DNA from: Vermamoeba vermiformis
Taxonomy: Eukaryota
NCBI GenBank assembly: GCA_045837725.1
Contig: JBEWZL010000006.1
Coordinates: forward strand, 186,001 to 250,000
Direction of reading: 5' to 3'
DNA: 64,000 bases
Shown piece by piece: positions 37,405 to 52,100 of this stretch. A program made the position numbers and the translations under genes. Position 1 is the stretch's first letter. The number at the start of each line of letters is the position of its first letter. The notes under the pieces are model-generated. The model made no database searches, was not told where the DNA came from, and worked only from the letters and a program-made list of their open reading frames with translations.

Positions 37405-39811
37405 TCATAGATTTAACTCTTCATCGCAAAGTGTGGCTATTTGAAAGACTGATGGCCCAAAATATTTGAGCAAAATTGGCTGGTGAACGACAATTAAATC
37501 TTCAGGCCACTGCAACGTATCTGGTGCAATTATTCGAGTAATTTTCTTGTTGGTGATGAATACGTAGATGATTTGATAGTGGCTCTCATACGTTGCTAAA
37601 AGGTTCTTTGCCTTGGCCAGCCAGTCTTTGACAACTGCAAATGATATTGTCTTGCAATTTTTGGCCTCTTGTTGTGACAAGCCATGCTTCATGTGCTTCA
37701 CTACCATGATTTGTTTCTACAGCAAATGATTGGTATTACTGCTTGCAATAAGCTTACTACTTACTCCTGCATCAAGAGGATTGTACAATGACCTGATGTC
37801 CACTTGAGGGTTGCCATCTTCACATTTCACCACAGCATCAATGAAGGCCTTTGACTCATCCTTATTAATTGTGATTTCAGTCTGAATCAAGGTAAGTAAA
37901 AACGTGCATTAACATGGTTTGTTTCATACCTTAATAGTATTTTTTGCTTTTTTTGCTAGGAACTGGCCTTGTTCTTTGCAGTATGTCTTCTTATTGAGGT
38001 TCAGTTTCAGATCTGCTAATTTTGTTGGCACTAGAGCCCCTCTGAATAGCTCTTTAACAGTAACCTCACTCATCTTGAAGACACTCATAAATGAGTGGAG
38101 ACGAATGCACTAACATCCAACCAAATTAGGGGATGAACACATCAAGTTGCCAGAAACTTACTTCCAATTGCACTTCAAGTTCTTCAAAATGTTGCCAGTA
38201 AAATGGAGTACATGGTGATGGCAGCAAGTGGGGTTTGATTAAGCTGGGATACTCTAACAAAAGAGCACGTAATAGTGGGTATGGAATAATGATGTTATTC
38301 TTCCAGTGATAAACTATTCCTTGCATCTCCAATTTGTACTGCTGTTGCCTTGACATTACTTCATTTGATAGTTTGTGTCCAGATAAAGTCACATAGAGAA
38401 ACTTCAGCAGGAGACCCTCAGTGTCACTCTGTTTCATGATCTCTGCCTAAAAGAAGATTAGTTCGTGGATTATACTAAAGTGCCAACGTACATTGTATAG
38501 GCAACTTATTTTGTAACCAGATTGTTCTGCAATGGTCCTGGCTAATTTATCATCTAGTTTTCTGAATTCTTGCATGTTCGAACAGACTTTCATGATTTTC
38601 TCCAAACATTTTGGAACTTGTCCAAATAGCTTCAAAGTGTTCTTGAACATTTGATTCTTAAGCCACATTCATTCTTTGGGCAGATAGTGCAGAAGATTTG
38701 CTTCATTGCTTCAAAAGAGATAAGGGGCACTGATCCAAATTCAAAGTGATAACTAGTGCCAAATACCACTTCTGAGATGATGTAGCTCTGAATTGTTCCA
38801 CTAATCACAGGCAAAAGAGTCAGCTGATGTTGACATGCAAGAGAATAACTCTTTGCAGTTTGATCAGAATTGCACATGTAGCCTCCAATAATGCGAATCA
38901 TCTCTTTTATTGTGCCAGGAGGAAAGTCTTTTGGCACATAGTTGATTTCATCCATAGTTAGCACCAAGTATGCTAAATTAGCTGCGCCATTTTGACAGCG
39001 ATTCCTGAAGAAAGCTGCCATGACCTCATTAAAGCCAAAATTGACCACAGGAATGCTCTCTGGGTTGTAGGTAGATTGCAGAAATCCAGTCAGCTCTCCA
39101 AGACTGCACTCAAAAAGTAATTTTGCTGCAACTCTGAGTCCAAGAACATGTGTTGGCTGCAAATCCATTGCGTGCTTGGCATCACTTTTGCTGAAATCAA
39201 TTGTAAGCTTGATGACATTAGGCAACTTCTTCTCAATATGATGGGCAATCTCATGGCATAGTTGTGACTTGCCAGAGCCAATTCCTGCCAGCACTGCAAG
39301 AAAAGTATGATCTTGCTTTGTCTTTGAGTACATATGTGTCCTGTTTAGTTCAATTGCATTGATTGCTTTTTCTATTGCCACACTTTGCTCTTGAAGTGGC
39401 ATGTCAAGCCTGCAAATTATTAGATCAAAGTTAAACCTGTTCAACTAATTCACCCTTACTCATTGAACACCAGTTTTTTCTGTGTATTGTTGGTTCTTAT
39501 TGATTTCCACAATTTCAGGCATGACAAGATCCAATCTGTCTGTCCTGTACTATCTAAGATTGGGTACTTATTATGGCCCTTTTCACATGAAGAGTATTCT
39601 TGTTTCTGTCCTGGTGCCATTGTAGCAAATAAAAGATTAATTGGGTGAGCTACTACGTTTTTGAAAAGCAGCTGCAAATGATAGGGCTGACATTGTCGAA
39701 TTACACAGTTTTAAAAATGAATTAATTATCTGAGTTATTGACATTGAAATCCTTTTTGACAATTAATTAATATATATATCACTTACTGGGCAATTGGTCA
39801 TTTTTCTCCAT
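37405..39811 (-). pseudogene. Crinkler-effector-like P-loop NTPase + PD-(D/E)xK-like nuclease gene, frameshifted
   Basis: Walker A (AGIGSGKS), Walker B (LVLTMDEIN), GQVPKCLE, WQHFEEL and a C-terminal GNPQVD...MKH...YVFITN. The frame changes near 38665 with no intron. The 5' end is uncertain. Confidence 0.6.
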
Positions 39812-40285
39812 GTTTATTGTTATTTCTTGTGTCCGTTTATTAATTCGATTAGTCGCTCGCAAGATTTGGTAATCCTGCTAATTGATTTGCGTCCTTATGC
39901 AAGTGATTTTGTTGCAAAAAGAAGTAACGAACACCTGTTGTGGTTGTATTCGTGGTCGTTAAAATAAAATGATCGTTAACCATCGTTCTGCAAATTGGCG
40001 CATTTTTTGACCTTATACACTAGCAATTATAATCTGGACGAGTTTGTACCTTGAGCCACTTTGTGACTAATGAAAATGTTAACGAGATTTTTTGCCTCTC
40101 CCGAACTGGTGCAAGATCTGGTTCGGTATTATCTGCGACATTGCTTGCTGCTTTGACCAGACAAGAAGAGACGAATGGAAGTATAATTTAGACCTTATTG
40201 ATAGCGTGTAGTATTAAAGATTATATTACAGTTTATTTTTGAGGGTCTATCGGAGTACAGCCGGATCTGCTGTTTTAGCGGTAAT

Positions 40286-41215
40286 TTAGCGCCATTCTAA
40301 CCAGCTAGGAGCAGCTTTAATCTTTTGCGTTTGATAGGACTTGGAGGCTTTATCGATAGTCTTGCCAGTCTCCTTTAATATAGCTGCGTCTAGTCGTTCA
40401 ATCTTTTCACGTTTGGTGCCTTCCGGATTCAGACCGCGTCGTTGCAACTCGTCTGACAATTCAGCAGACGACATTTTTTCTATGAACAATGAGGTTTAGT
40501 ATACTAAGTGATAGTAATAAATGATATATAAGGTCATTTTACCTGTGTCTAAGACCACTTTCTCTTCACCAAATACGTCATCGTCAAAAATAGAAAATCC
40601 TTGAAAAACTTCAGTTTGTGGCTTGATTTTCAACGGGGACTCGATTTTTTGTCTCTTAGCAGGCTAAATATAAATTAGTTAGTGAGTTTATTGAAGCCCG
40701 AGTGAGATCTAGAGACGTCGCGAGCTTACCTTCTTATTTGTAGGTTCGTTCTTATCGAATACAATTACTTTAGTTGAATCAGCAATAACATCGCCAAATT
40801 TAACAGCTTTTTTCTCTTTTTTGACTGCAGGCTTTGCGGCTGGAAGAAATCAAAAATTAATTAATGATCAAGCGTAAAAAAATTTGTGCTAAATTACTTA
40901 CTTTTAGGCTTCTTTTTATAATCGCTGCTGAACTTGATATCTAAAAATATTAAATAAATTAACAAAAAAATAATTACAAAATTATTCCTTTAATTTCTTA
41001 CCATCCAGCAGAGGCGAGTGATTTTCTTTATCACCACGGAAATGTGCCAAAATATTATTAATTAATTTATCAGCAGTTCCCGTGGATCCAAGGCCATTTT
41101 CTTTGCAGTAAGCTTTCAAAGTTGCAACGCCAAATTCAGCGAGATCTTCTTTCGACATGAGCTCGTGAATATCAGCTGTATCTGATCTCTTTCTTTTTCC
41201 AGTGACTTTAGACAT
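40286..41215 (-). CDS. Protein with two SAP-like domains
   Basis: Five spliced exons; LAEFGVATLKAYCKENGLGSTGTADKLINNI and MSSAELSDELQRRGLNPEGTKREKIERL. Confidence 0.7.
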
Positions 41216-41322
41216 ATTAATTGTGTTTGTGTGTTTAAAGTGGATGTGAAATGACAAAAAAAGATTTCGGCGTAAAACGCGCGAAAAAATGGCGCGCATT
41301 TAAGTTTTGACACGTGGTGGCT

Positions 41323-43057
41323 TTATTCCTTATCTTTATACAATTTCTCACACCACTCAGCAGTCTTCTTGATATAATAGTTAGGTTCGAGCGGAGTATA
41401 GTCCTGATAAGTGTACGGTTTGTTATCGAAAACAGTTTTCTCGATGGATTTGGGAACCACGCTTTCAATTTGCGTGCCTAGAGGAATATTAATATATAAA
41501 TGCCAAGTATATTATGGTGATATTAATGAATTTACCTTCCATCCATTCGTTGTAGCTTGTAATTGAAACGTAAGCGGGATCTGCATCCAATACTTTTTGC
41601 CATTTATCGTCGTAATATTTACCTTGCTGCCTATTTTTAGTATTTCCAGCGTTCCCTAATAAAATAATGGTCAATTATGGAAAACTAATTGAAAAGAAAG
41701 CCAAATTGGTTGCCGAGTACTCACAAGGACGAATTCTCGTGTCATCATATCCAGGGCCAATGCTAATGCTAATAATTTTGTTCTCTTCGCGGCCCCAAGA
41801 AGCAAGCGAGCCCCACACTCGCGAAGACGAGCCTTCAGTGAATCCATCCGCTGCGAAGTACGTGTAAACACCATCAAAGTGCGCTTTCTTCGTGACTGTC
41901 TTATCGCTTGATGTTAAATAGAGGCCTAGTATAATCGCGTCATATTTCGTGCCGCGGATAGTGTCGGGCGATTGCGGATCGAGGATCTTGGCCCAGTCTT
42001 CAGGCTTAGTATGATACGAGTCATATAAATATATTACTGGTCTATTGCCATTATTAACGTCTCTATAAAATGAGTTTGATGCACCGTATTTGTCCACGAG
42101 GTATTTTAGATCCTCTTTCAAGGTCTGTTCGCTGCGACCTAAACTCATATACGTTAGCTACCAGTGCTATATCAAATGTATATTATTATAGTACCTGGGT
42201 AGGGCTCAATGTGGAATGCTATTTTAGCGTCGTATTTTTCGGCACTTTTGAATAACAGAGGCACCACTGGGTCGGTACTCATGCCTTCACCGTCACTCTT
42301 GCCACGGCCTAACAAATCACGATTATTATATGACCATATACTACAATGATATATTATAAGGTACGTACCCCACCATGATACAACGACAACGTAGTCTTTG
42401 AGTTCTTGCATGTGTTGATCTATCAAATCTGGATCTGAGCTGCTGTACGGACCACGAGCAGGATAAAAACACGATCCAATGTCGTCTGGCGGTACGTAAT
42501 TGAATGAGTGCGGGAATTTGGCCTTAGTAGCGGCGTCCCTAACGAAAGAAAAATTAACACGTCACCACTTTTCGTAGATTTTTAATTAAGCTTAATTATT
42601 GAAATATTGGCGTTATATAATACTGGGATTATTTGATCGTAGGTAATTTTAATTTTGCAAGCTTCAGGGGTAAAATTAACGATATTAACTTGGCTACAGC
42701 CGAGCCACGCCCGACCGTGCGTAATTTATTTAGATAAAATTTAAAAAATTATTACCAGTGCGGCAGGATGTTGTGGTTCCAATGGTTCCAGCCAAGTTCT
42801 TTGTCGTAGGCTGGATTAGCATACCACGGATAATAAAATACATGTACTCTGCTATATTTCGACATTTTATATTCCTTTTTCTTCGCTGGCAGTGGTTTTT
42901 CAACGTGTTTATTCGAATCTGTGTCGAGATCGGTTATCTCGCCGGTAAAATCAGTTGGCGTGAGCTTCTCGACTTCTGAAGGAATTATATTGTATAGCAA
43001 AGTGATATATAGTACACCAAATACTGCTAATAGTAACGCCACATGTTGTTTTCGCAT
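41323..43057 (-). CDS. MANEA: GH99 endo-alpha-1,2-mannosidase (type II membrane)
   Basis: N-terminal TM; HVFYYPWY...HWNH; DIGSCFYPARGPYSSSD; VVSWWG; AFHIEPY; YTYFAADGFT; GPGYDDTRIRPW; SITSYNEWMEGTQIE. Confidence 0.9.
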
Positions 43058-43266
43058 TATTCGCGCTGAAAAATAATTGATCTTCCAAACAGCGCAAAAA
43101 GCCAAAAGGCTTGGAAGACTAGCAAGTATCAATCATATCTAAATGGCTTATATCTACAGCTACGTTGATGTCGGTTGGTGGATCGCTTGCATGCCTTCTG
43201 AGAATTTATCGTTTTTGTTTTTGGCATTTGTTTTATTTCGAATTTGGATACGAGTAACACACAGCC

Positions 43267-46200
43267 ATGAAGAGGAAGAGCGCTCCGTCAGTTATGTGGA
43301 AAGAGGTTCAAACCAAGATCCCTCGTCTTGAAGGCGACGACGGATTGAAGGGAGTGAACCATCTGGAGCGCTTTTCACTCAAAAAATTAGAAGAAATTGA
43401 AAAGCAAAGCGAGATTGATAAGGAAAATGAGGCACAGAATCACTCGGAAGAGGAAGAAAAAGAGACTGTAGAGAAGAATTATTTGATGAAGTCTGCTAAA
43501 TCCAGAGAAGTTTGCTTCGCTGTGACTTTTAAAACCACTAAAAATGCTCCTAAAAATAATGCGGACGGAAATGGTAAGTAACTATGCAAGTTTGGTTAAT
43601 ATCTATTTTCTGGAATTATTAATTCCAATAAATTCGTGGCTGGATGCGCGGTTAATTTTTATTTTTTAGGTCTGCTTGTTGTATATTATGAAAAATGCTT
43701 ATTGTTAAATATGGCTGGTAAAAATATTGGAGGTGCCGAGCTTACAAGAAGCGAGGTAAGTAGATCCTGCAAATTGAATCATTCATCCTACTCTTAAATT
43801 CCGCAATAATTTTTAAAATACTTTTCAATATGCATAGTTTACTAATATCATGCAATAGGTCGAAGGAAATTTTGATGACCACCACGAGTGCGATCAAGAA
43901 GTAAAAGTCAAAAACAAGCCCGTCTGGTTCTACCAAGGCAACACAATTAAGTTAGGAAACAAAGAAATCAAATTAAATTTCAAAGTCGACGCCGAAGAGT
44001 ATCGATCTGGCATGTTCTTCTTTATGGGATTCGAAGAAACACGCAAGAAAGTAGCCATTGCTGAAGCCGCAAAAATAACAAATAGACCGCACCTCGCAGC
44101 AGCCAGAAAACCAAAGGGTTTCACGCCACCGTTCAAAGACAAGGCCAGACAATTTTTGAACACAAAGCGTACCACCCCTTTGTGGCCAGTCAAACCCGGA
44201 TCCGTTATTCTGTTCGAGCCTCGCGATGTGTTTAGTGAAAAGTAAGTCCCTATAAGTACAACATATATCAGTATCAAGCGCTAATATGCATTTGTAGCAA
44301 AATTCATGTGGTCGTAGATCCAGATCTCGCAGCATTGCTTCGTCCTCATCAAGTTGACGGCGTTCGCTTCATGTTCGAATGTGTTATGGGTATTAAAGGA
44401 TTTAACGGCAAAGGATGCATTCTGGCCGATGATATGTAAGCTGCTTTTTGAAATAAGTTCGTGCCTAACACGCGTAATTGCAGGGGTCTTGGCAAGACTT
44501 TACAAGCGTTGACACTGATTTGGACCCTCATGAATCAAGGTCCAACTGGTCTACCTGCTGTCAAACGAGCTATTATTGTTTGCCCGACGAGTCTTGTCGG
44601 TGTAAGTAACGAGATCTAATCAGCATCGAGCAATCTCAGTTAACGTTTGACCTAGAACTGGTGTGCTGAAATTAAGAAATGGCTTGGGCCTACTGTGCTC
44701 AAAAACAGAGACTTTTACATCGATCCCATTCCTATGGGTGAAGCTGATAAGAAGAAAGTTTCTCTTGCCCTCGCAAAGTTCGGTTATTCCACGGACATCC
44801 GACACAACGTGCTGATTGTGTCGTACGATCAATTGCGTATTCACATCAACGAAGTGTTGAAGATTAAAGATATCGGTCAGTACATTAAAAACCCTACAAA
44901 AAGTCGTTCTAATCTCGCTGCGTAGATTTGGTTATTTGTGACGAAGGTCACAGATTGAAAAACAACAAGATTAAAACAGCCCAAGCTATTGCACAGCTAT
45001 CAACACCCCGACGAATCATTCTGTCGGGTACGCCCATTCAGAACGATTTGGAAGAGTTTTACGCCATGGTCAGCTTCGTGAACCCTGTTGTCTTTGGTAG
45101 CGAGAATATGTTCAAGACAGTCTATGCTGAGCCTATTCTCAACATGCGTGAGCCTGACGCGTCCGATGAAATTCAACGTATTGGTCGATTGAGATGCCAG
45201 AACTTGGCTCGATTGACAGCGCAGTTCATTTTGCGACGTACGTCCAACGTCAACAAGAAGTACTTGCCACCTAAAGGTACGTCATAGACCCCTTTCTCGC
45301 CGTATTCAGACGTTTCTAATATAATCTTGTAGTCGATCACATCGTCTTTTGTGGCTTGACACCACTTCAAAAGACAATGTATAAAATGGTTGCTGACAAA
45401 GTCAAACTGAAAGCTGGTGCCGAGACTGAAGGCCGACAAGACACGTTTGCTGTTATCACCGATTTAAAGAAGATTTGCAACGATCCTAAGTTGCTTTACG
45501 AGAAGTACTCTGCTGAAGGCAAGTTCGATTTTGGTGCAGACTTCAAGCCTAAAGAGTGCCAGCCTGAGTTCTCGAGCAAGATGGAGTTTGTTGATAATCT
45601 GCTGAAACAACTCAAAATCAAGCGAGAACGTATCGTCATTGTTTCTAACTACACGGAGGTAAGTCCAATCGGTATAATAATAATTTTTGCACGTGCTGAT
45701 GTACTGGTAGACGCTGGGTCTGTTAGGCGATCTGTGCAAGCGACGAGGCTATGGTTTCTTCCAACTCGACGGTCGCTTGAACTCCAGCAAGCGCCAAACG
45801 TTGGTCGATCAATTCAACAATCCTGCTCGTCCTGAATGTACGTACTCTACACCTCTGACTATATTAGTCCATATAAGCATGGCATTAATTCTTTCTTAGT
45901 CGTGTTCTTGCTGTCCTCGAAGGCAGGAGGTTGCGGTCTGAACTTGGTCGGAGCAAATCATTTGATCTTGTTTGATCCCGATTGGAACCCTGCCAACGAC
46001 TTGCAAGCTATGGCTCGTGTCTGGCGTCCTGGTCAACAAAAGATGGTCTATTTGTATCGATTGTTGGCTACAGGCACTATTGAAGAGAAGATTTGGCAAC
46101 GACAGATCAAGAAGATGTCACTGTCAAAACAGATCGTCGAAGGAGAGGTGTCCGCTGAGGACGGTGAGTCAGACACGAAGCAGAACTTCACTTTGAGCGA

Positions 46201-46555
46201 GTTGCGTGATTTGTTCACGTACCGCGAGGACACCAAGTCTGACACGCACGACTTGTTGAACTGTCGCTGCGCTGGTGCCTACACCAAGATCCCGTTGCAC
46301 AAGCGTCAAGCTGCAGTCGGTGTTGACGAGCTGTCGACATGGGAACACCACGTATCAGTGTCCACGCTGAAGCAGTCTGAAGTACTGCAACTCTCGGCAC
46401 CGTCACACGTGACATTTGTGTTTGCAAAGGCATCAGATCCCGCCAAAGAAGAAGTCGCTGAAGAGGTTGAAAAGGTCGAGATCCAGTTTGAAGTCGAAGA
46501 AGAGACCTTTGGCGACGGAGAGAAAGAGAAGGAGGCAATGGACGAAGACGATTAA
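43267..46555 (+). CDS. RAD54: Rad54/Rad54B-like SNF2 helicase
   Basis: [102 protein letters not shown]. Confidence 0.9.
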
Positions 46556-46691
46556 CAAAATAGAGCTTAAGCTATTGTCGTATCTTTCTTAATTTGTAAA
46601 TGTTTTGCACGTGTCCATAAAATCAATTCACCCATAATTTTCGCGCACTTTTATTAATCAATTGATCGTGAACCACAATGAAATCGCTGTG

Positions 46692-49046
46692 ATGTCACAG
46701 TCAAAATCAAGTAATAATAACGCTAAACCCAAGCGGGTTCGGTGGTACTTCAAGTTACATCTGCGATCGGAGCCTCACGAGCACGTTTTCTTTGGCGAGC
46801 CTACAACGCACGCTACGGCACCATATTTACTCTCAAATAATTCAAAAGGTCAAGATATTGAGCTTGATCCATTTCAAGACGTCGATGAAGAGTCAGGCTG
46901 GTGGTTTTTACTGGCTACATCCAACGAAAATTTGAATTACCGACTGCAAAGTGCTTCAGAACAAGGTCATCGACGCGCAAATACACCACGTAATTTTCCA
47001 GTCAAAGGACAATTATCATTATCGCTCTACTATGAAATAGCCGCGAGATCAACAAACGGTCAATTAGCAGAAAATAAAATCAAAAAATCAGAGAGTAATT
47101 CTAACGAAGCAAACGACGAAGACGATGAAAGAGAAGACGAGGAAAATAGCAAAGAAAGTGAAAGCGAAATTATTGGCAACGCGGAAGAGATCGGACAGAT
47201 TAGCGACAAGAGGCTGACTGGAGAAAGCGCAGAAGAGATATTAGACACCAAAGATATGTTTACAGCTTATCAACTCCCTTTAGAAGATTATTCGATCACA
47301 CTAGATCCGGATCTCGCTGAGACAGCGTCACCACCCAAATCCAAAAAGCGACCGACACGCACTTGTCAAGTAGAATTCACTCGACAAAAGAAAGGTCTTT
47401 GCGGCGTATTTCACGTTGATTTTCAACGATCAGAAGGCAAAACAGACCATTGTGTGGCCTTGTTTGATAATGACACTATCGTTGCCGTGCGATTATTCGT
47501 GCCAATGGGTAATATAATATTATGCCACTATTGTCCTAAGTACAGGTGATCTGATATTGTTCGGTATTCAGCGTATTTGCCTGAAGAATTCAAGAAGGAA
47601 AACGAGAGCGAACTCGCGAAAAAGCAAACGAGAAAAATCAAGTTTTTGGAAGAAGATAAACTCGTCGAGGTTCATTTTATTAATAACAAGTAAGTCATAT
47701 AACAATCGAAATTAGACCGATATCAACATTGGTATTGTCAGACTGGCACCAGCGTATCATATGAGCCAAGATGGCATTGTCGATGAAAAAGTGCAAGAAG
47801 TTATTGAGCCTGAAAGAATGACCGTGCCCGAGTTGAAGGTAATACTACCAATAATATTTATACATAGACTTACTTATCAATCGAATCGTACTAGGAATCA
47901 TTAAAGGAGCGCAATTTATCGACTGAAGGTGTGAAAAAAGATCTCGTTAAGAGATTGACCGCCGCACTAAACATTGGCACGTGTTTCAAAACTGAAGAGG
48001 AATCAAAGCCCGAAGAAACGAACGGCAAGAAGGGCAGTAAAAAGAAGACTGTTAAAGTTACGAAAAAGAAGGCCAAAAAAGCTGTCGAGAAGTTGGATGC
48101 GATTGCCGAAGAACAAGATGAAGAGAACGAAGAGACTGAAAGTGCTACGAATAAAATTGAAAAAGAAGACGAAAAAGAAGAGAAAGAGATCGAAGTTAAA
48201 GAAGAGAAAAAGTCAGAAAGTAAGCCAAAACCGAAAGGCAAGAAAAAAGCTACCAAGAAGAAAGGCAAGGCGAAGAAAAAAGTTGAAGAGAAGCAAGAAA
48301 GTGCCGATGATACGGACAAAAACGAGTCGTCAGGATCACAAGAAGATATTATGGGCAGTCCTATCTTCCCTAGCGCACTTTACAACGACGAAAAGATGAC
48401 AGATGTGCAACAAAAGTTATCCGACTCAGCTACTGAAGCCAAGATCGAAGTCACCGAGCCTCCTGCAACAAAGAAATCAACTGCCAAAAAAGGAAAGTCG
48501 CCAAAAAAGTCCCCAGCAAAGAAGGCAGCTAAGACCAGCGATGCCACGGAGGCCTCACCAGAAACTGAAGGTGACAGTAGCGGAGTTAGTCAAGGCTCAT
48601 CTCAAGGCTCATCTCAAGGCTCTAATGGAGATAAATCTAATGCTTCTTCTTCGCCTGAAGAGCCGAAAATTTCAACGCCAAAACGACCATCTAAAAATGG
48701 CCGTGGGAAGAAATCTCCGAGCAAGTCGAAAGTCACGGATGAAACCGAGCAAAATGTTGATAAAATGGAAGTTGAAGAGAAAAATGAAGAGGTGAATAAT
48801 GAAGCTATAATATCGAGCCAAAACAGCGATAAAAATAGTTCGCAAGAGATCGCATCCAGCTCTCCGAAGAAAAAAGGACAAAAACGAAAGCGAGAAGAGA
48901 CCGAGACAACCAACGATAGCAATGTACCAATAGAAAATAACGGCAGTGAAGACCAAGAGCCACAACCAAAGCGAAGAAGATTGAGCCGTAGCAAAGATGA
49001 AGTTTTGCCACCAACGCTACCGCAGTCTCTTACGCAAAGCTTGTAG
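46692..49046 (+). CDS. SAP-domain protein with a long K/E/S-rich tail
   Basis: Spliced MTVPELK|ESLKERNLSTEGVKKDLVKRL (SAP) and NLS-like KRKR and PKRRR. Confidence 0.7.
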
Positions 49047-49194
49047 ATTTGTAAATACAGCTTCAAAATTTAGATAGTTTCCGATACTACGAGATATTAT
49101 TAACGATTTTGGCGGATGATCCAAATATGGTAAGCCGTTTTCAACGAACAGCAAACAAAATCTATTTGATTCTTTTTTTTCTAAATTTTGAATC

Positions 49195-52100
49195 ATGGCT
49201 CAATACCTAATATCCATATTATTTGTATTATTATTTCGAGATGCTGTTAGTATTTCTATAACTTACCAGCCGTTCGTGGATGCGATCACGTACTCCCACG
49301 CAAGAATTTTATGGCAAACCGATGTGGCTTCATCTACGTACATAAAATACGGCACATCATCTGGTAATCTTGATCAGACATTTAATCAGCGGTACACCAA
49401 TTCGGAAATAGTACACCAATTGTAAGTAGAATTACAATTTGATTTTAAATTAATTTTAAATTTAGCTTCCTTTCTGGCCTTGCCCCGAGTACGACGTATT
49501 ATTTTCAAGCATGCAGTGATAGCGGGGGTACAGCCTGCAGCAACGAAGCCTCTTTCACAACGTTGAGCCTTCCTGAAACGCCTGATCCGGTGGCTCCGAA
49601 GGAATTTGATACGCCTGTGCCTGTACAAGACGGCGAAAGTCTTTATGTAAGTATTGATTGGTCCACTAAATTTTTTTAACCGAAAAAAAGGTTGGAGAGG
49701 ATTGTAACGATCCGGAAACTGGCTTGCAAGCCTTAATTAACAAAGCCAAGTGGGGCGATACGATCTATATTCCTACGGACGTATTGTGCTCTGGAGCTTT
49801 TGAGTATCCTGCTAAAGGTAACAACTGATCCGCTCATCTTTAACTAACAACTTGTAGATCCCGACACTGCGGACCCACACCGTTGGATCGTGATAAGAAG
49901 TACCGCTAGTGACGATAAGTTACCTCCTCCTGGTGTTCGATACAATCCTGAGCTTTGGTCTGATTCACTTGCCACTATCCAGTTGAGCTCCGCCAACATG
50001 ATGCCTTCTCAAGGTGAAAAAATTACTGGAACCCCTTGCAACGAATACATCGGATATTATTGGATGTCTACTGCCGATATTCAAGACTCTTTTACTTCGT
50101 TTCCAGTTCGCAGATGCGGATTCTCAAATGAACGAAAGTACACTGTTACAGGAGCTACTTTTGCATCTGACTTGATAACGATTACTGTTGCTGAGGACCA
50201 TAATATTCAGCAAGGTCAAAGAGCATACGTTGACGGTATTGGGGTAAGCTTCGTCTAAAAATTTTATCACAAAAGTAAAATTTCCTTTTTAGGGCATTAA
50301 CTTCTATGGCGTGTTCGAAGTCCAAAGCGTCTCATCGAATTCTATAACGTTTTACAAAGGAGGCTTGGAGGGAACTTACACTGGCGGAGGTAACACTAGT
50401 TCAATTTTTTTACTAATTTCTGACCAATCATGTTCGTGTAGGATTTATTCAGATGGTCGATTGGTTACCAGTCCCGTATACTAATGGTACTATGAGACCG
50501 ACGGGTAGTTGCAATGAAGGCGATTGGTACATGAACTCGGTCTCTGGGAACGTATATTTGTGCTCCAAAAGTGTCATGGGCGAAGGTACCAGCTGGAGTT
50601 TCATGACTTTTTCTGCCGCAGGTTCTTCAGCTGGCATTGCAGCCGCTCTGAATATGAAACCGAACGCCCATCATTTGTACGTCTATGGTTTGCGATTGAC
50701 AGTCTTGATCCCTGAGCCACTCAAAGAATACGCTATTGGCACTCCTTCATTCACCGCGTACCCACTAGGTGCCACGTACACTAACATCCTCTATTCAAAT
50801 CCTTCAAACCATCACATTGTGATTGACAGGTGCGAGGTCAACGGTCAAATTGGTCGAGCGCGCATTGCTTATGGCGCTGTCTTTGATGGCCAGTACATGG
50901 CACTGACGAACAGTTACTTCCACGGCATTGGCTACTGGCAAAATATTTCTTATTGGGGTGGACCAGCATCGAACGGAATAATCTTTTTCTCAGGCACCGG
51001 ACCTGGCAAGATTTACAACAATGTGATGGAGATCTACGGCTTGTCATTGTTCTTCTCTGACGACGGTAGCTCTTGCATCAAGCTCCCCGGAGATTATGTC
51101 ATTGATCGAAACTATTTCTTGCGAGACGATAAGTACCGATACGGATCTGACACTTTCTTGGGCCTTGGTTACGCTCAGCGACAACTCGGCGAACATAAAG
51201 TTGGTACGTATAATACTAAAATATAGTTGATAGTACGGTGCTAATATTGCATTGCAGGAAAAAGAATTCGATGGAGCGGCAACAGGTTTGAAAATAACTG
51301 GGTCGAAGATGTGCTTAACGGCGCTGCCATGGCACTGACCCCTCGCCCTGGCAGTGGTCTGTGGTACAAAAAAATTGAAGCTGGAAAGCTATATCCGTTA
51401 TCTCCTGTTACGTCTTGGTCCATGGAAGCTGGTGACATTATTTTGATCAACCCGTCAAAGGAAGACCGACTATTGGCAACTGTTGTTTCGGTCGACGCTG
51501 ATTATCTCTATTTGGATTCAAGCATCAACTACACTCCTGATCCGTTTGATCGCTTCTGGTGCATGACGAGCGATTCAAACGCGTTGCAGGATATTTTAGT
51601 CGAAGGAAATTATTTCTACAATTCTCCGGCAGGTAAGTGAAGAACACAAAAGCCAATACGCAAGGGAAAATATTAATACATTACTTTTATTCGCAGGTAT
51701 TTTTTCAATTGGTCACACGGAAGCAACGGCGATGACATGGCCGCTAAGCCGTGTTAAAATCGCGAACAATTTGTTCCACAATATGAACACTCAACGTGGT
51801 GGTTATGGTTTGAGGAGTGGTGGAGACTATTTGTATTACACGACATTAGGTCCCGAAGACCAAACATGGGAACATAACACCGTCGTCCAACTCAACAGCG
51901 AAACTAGAATGAAGCCGTTGACATTTGATTCTGACGGATATTTGGGTAAAACGTTGCCAGGAAATCGATTTGGTTTCAAAAACAACGTTGTGTTCTTCCC
52001 TCCTGACGAGCTCATGATTCGTGGTACGAGCGGGGTTGATGGGAAATACTGGGGTACTGCTTCACTGAACACGATGTTCACTGAATGGGACGCCTCGAAG

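Noticed and set aside
48589-48622. 12-bp tandem repeat (CAAGGCTCATCT-like, about 3 copies)
   Set aside because: It is an ordinary coding low-complexity repeat (SQGS) and not CRISPR-like. No CRISPR array was seen in the window.
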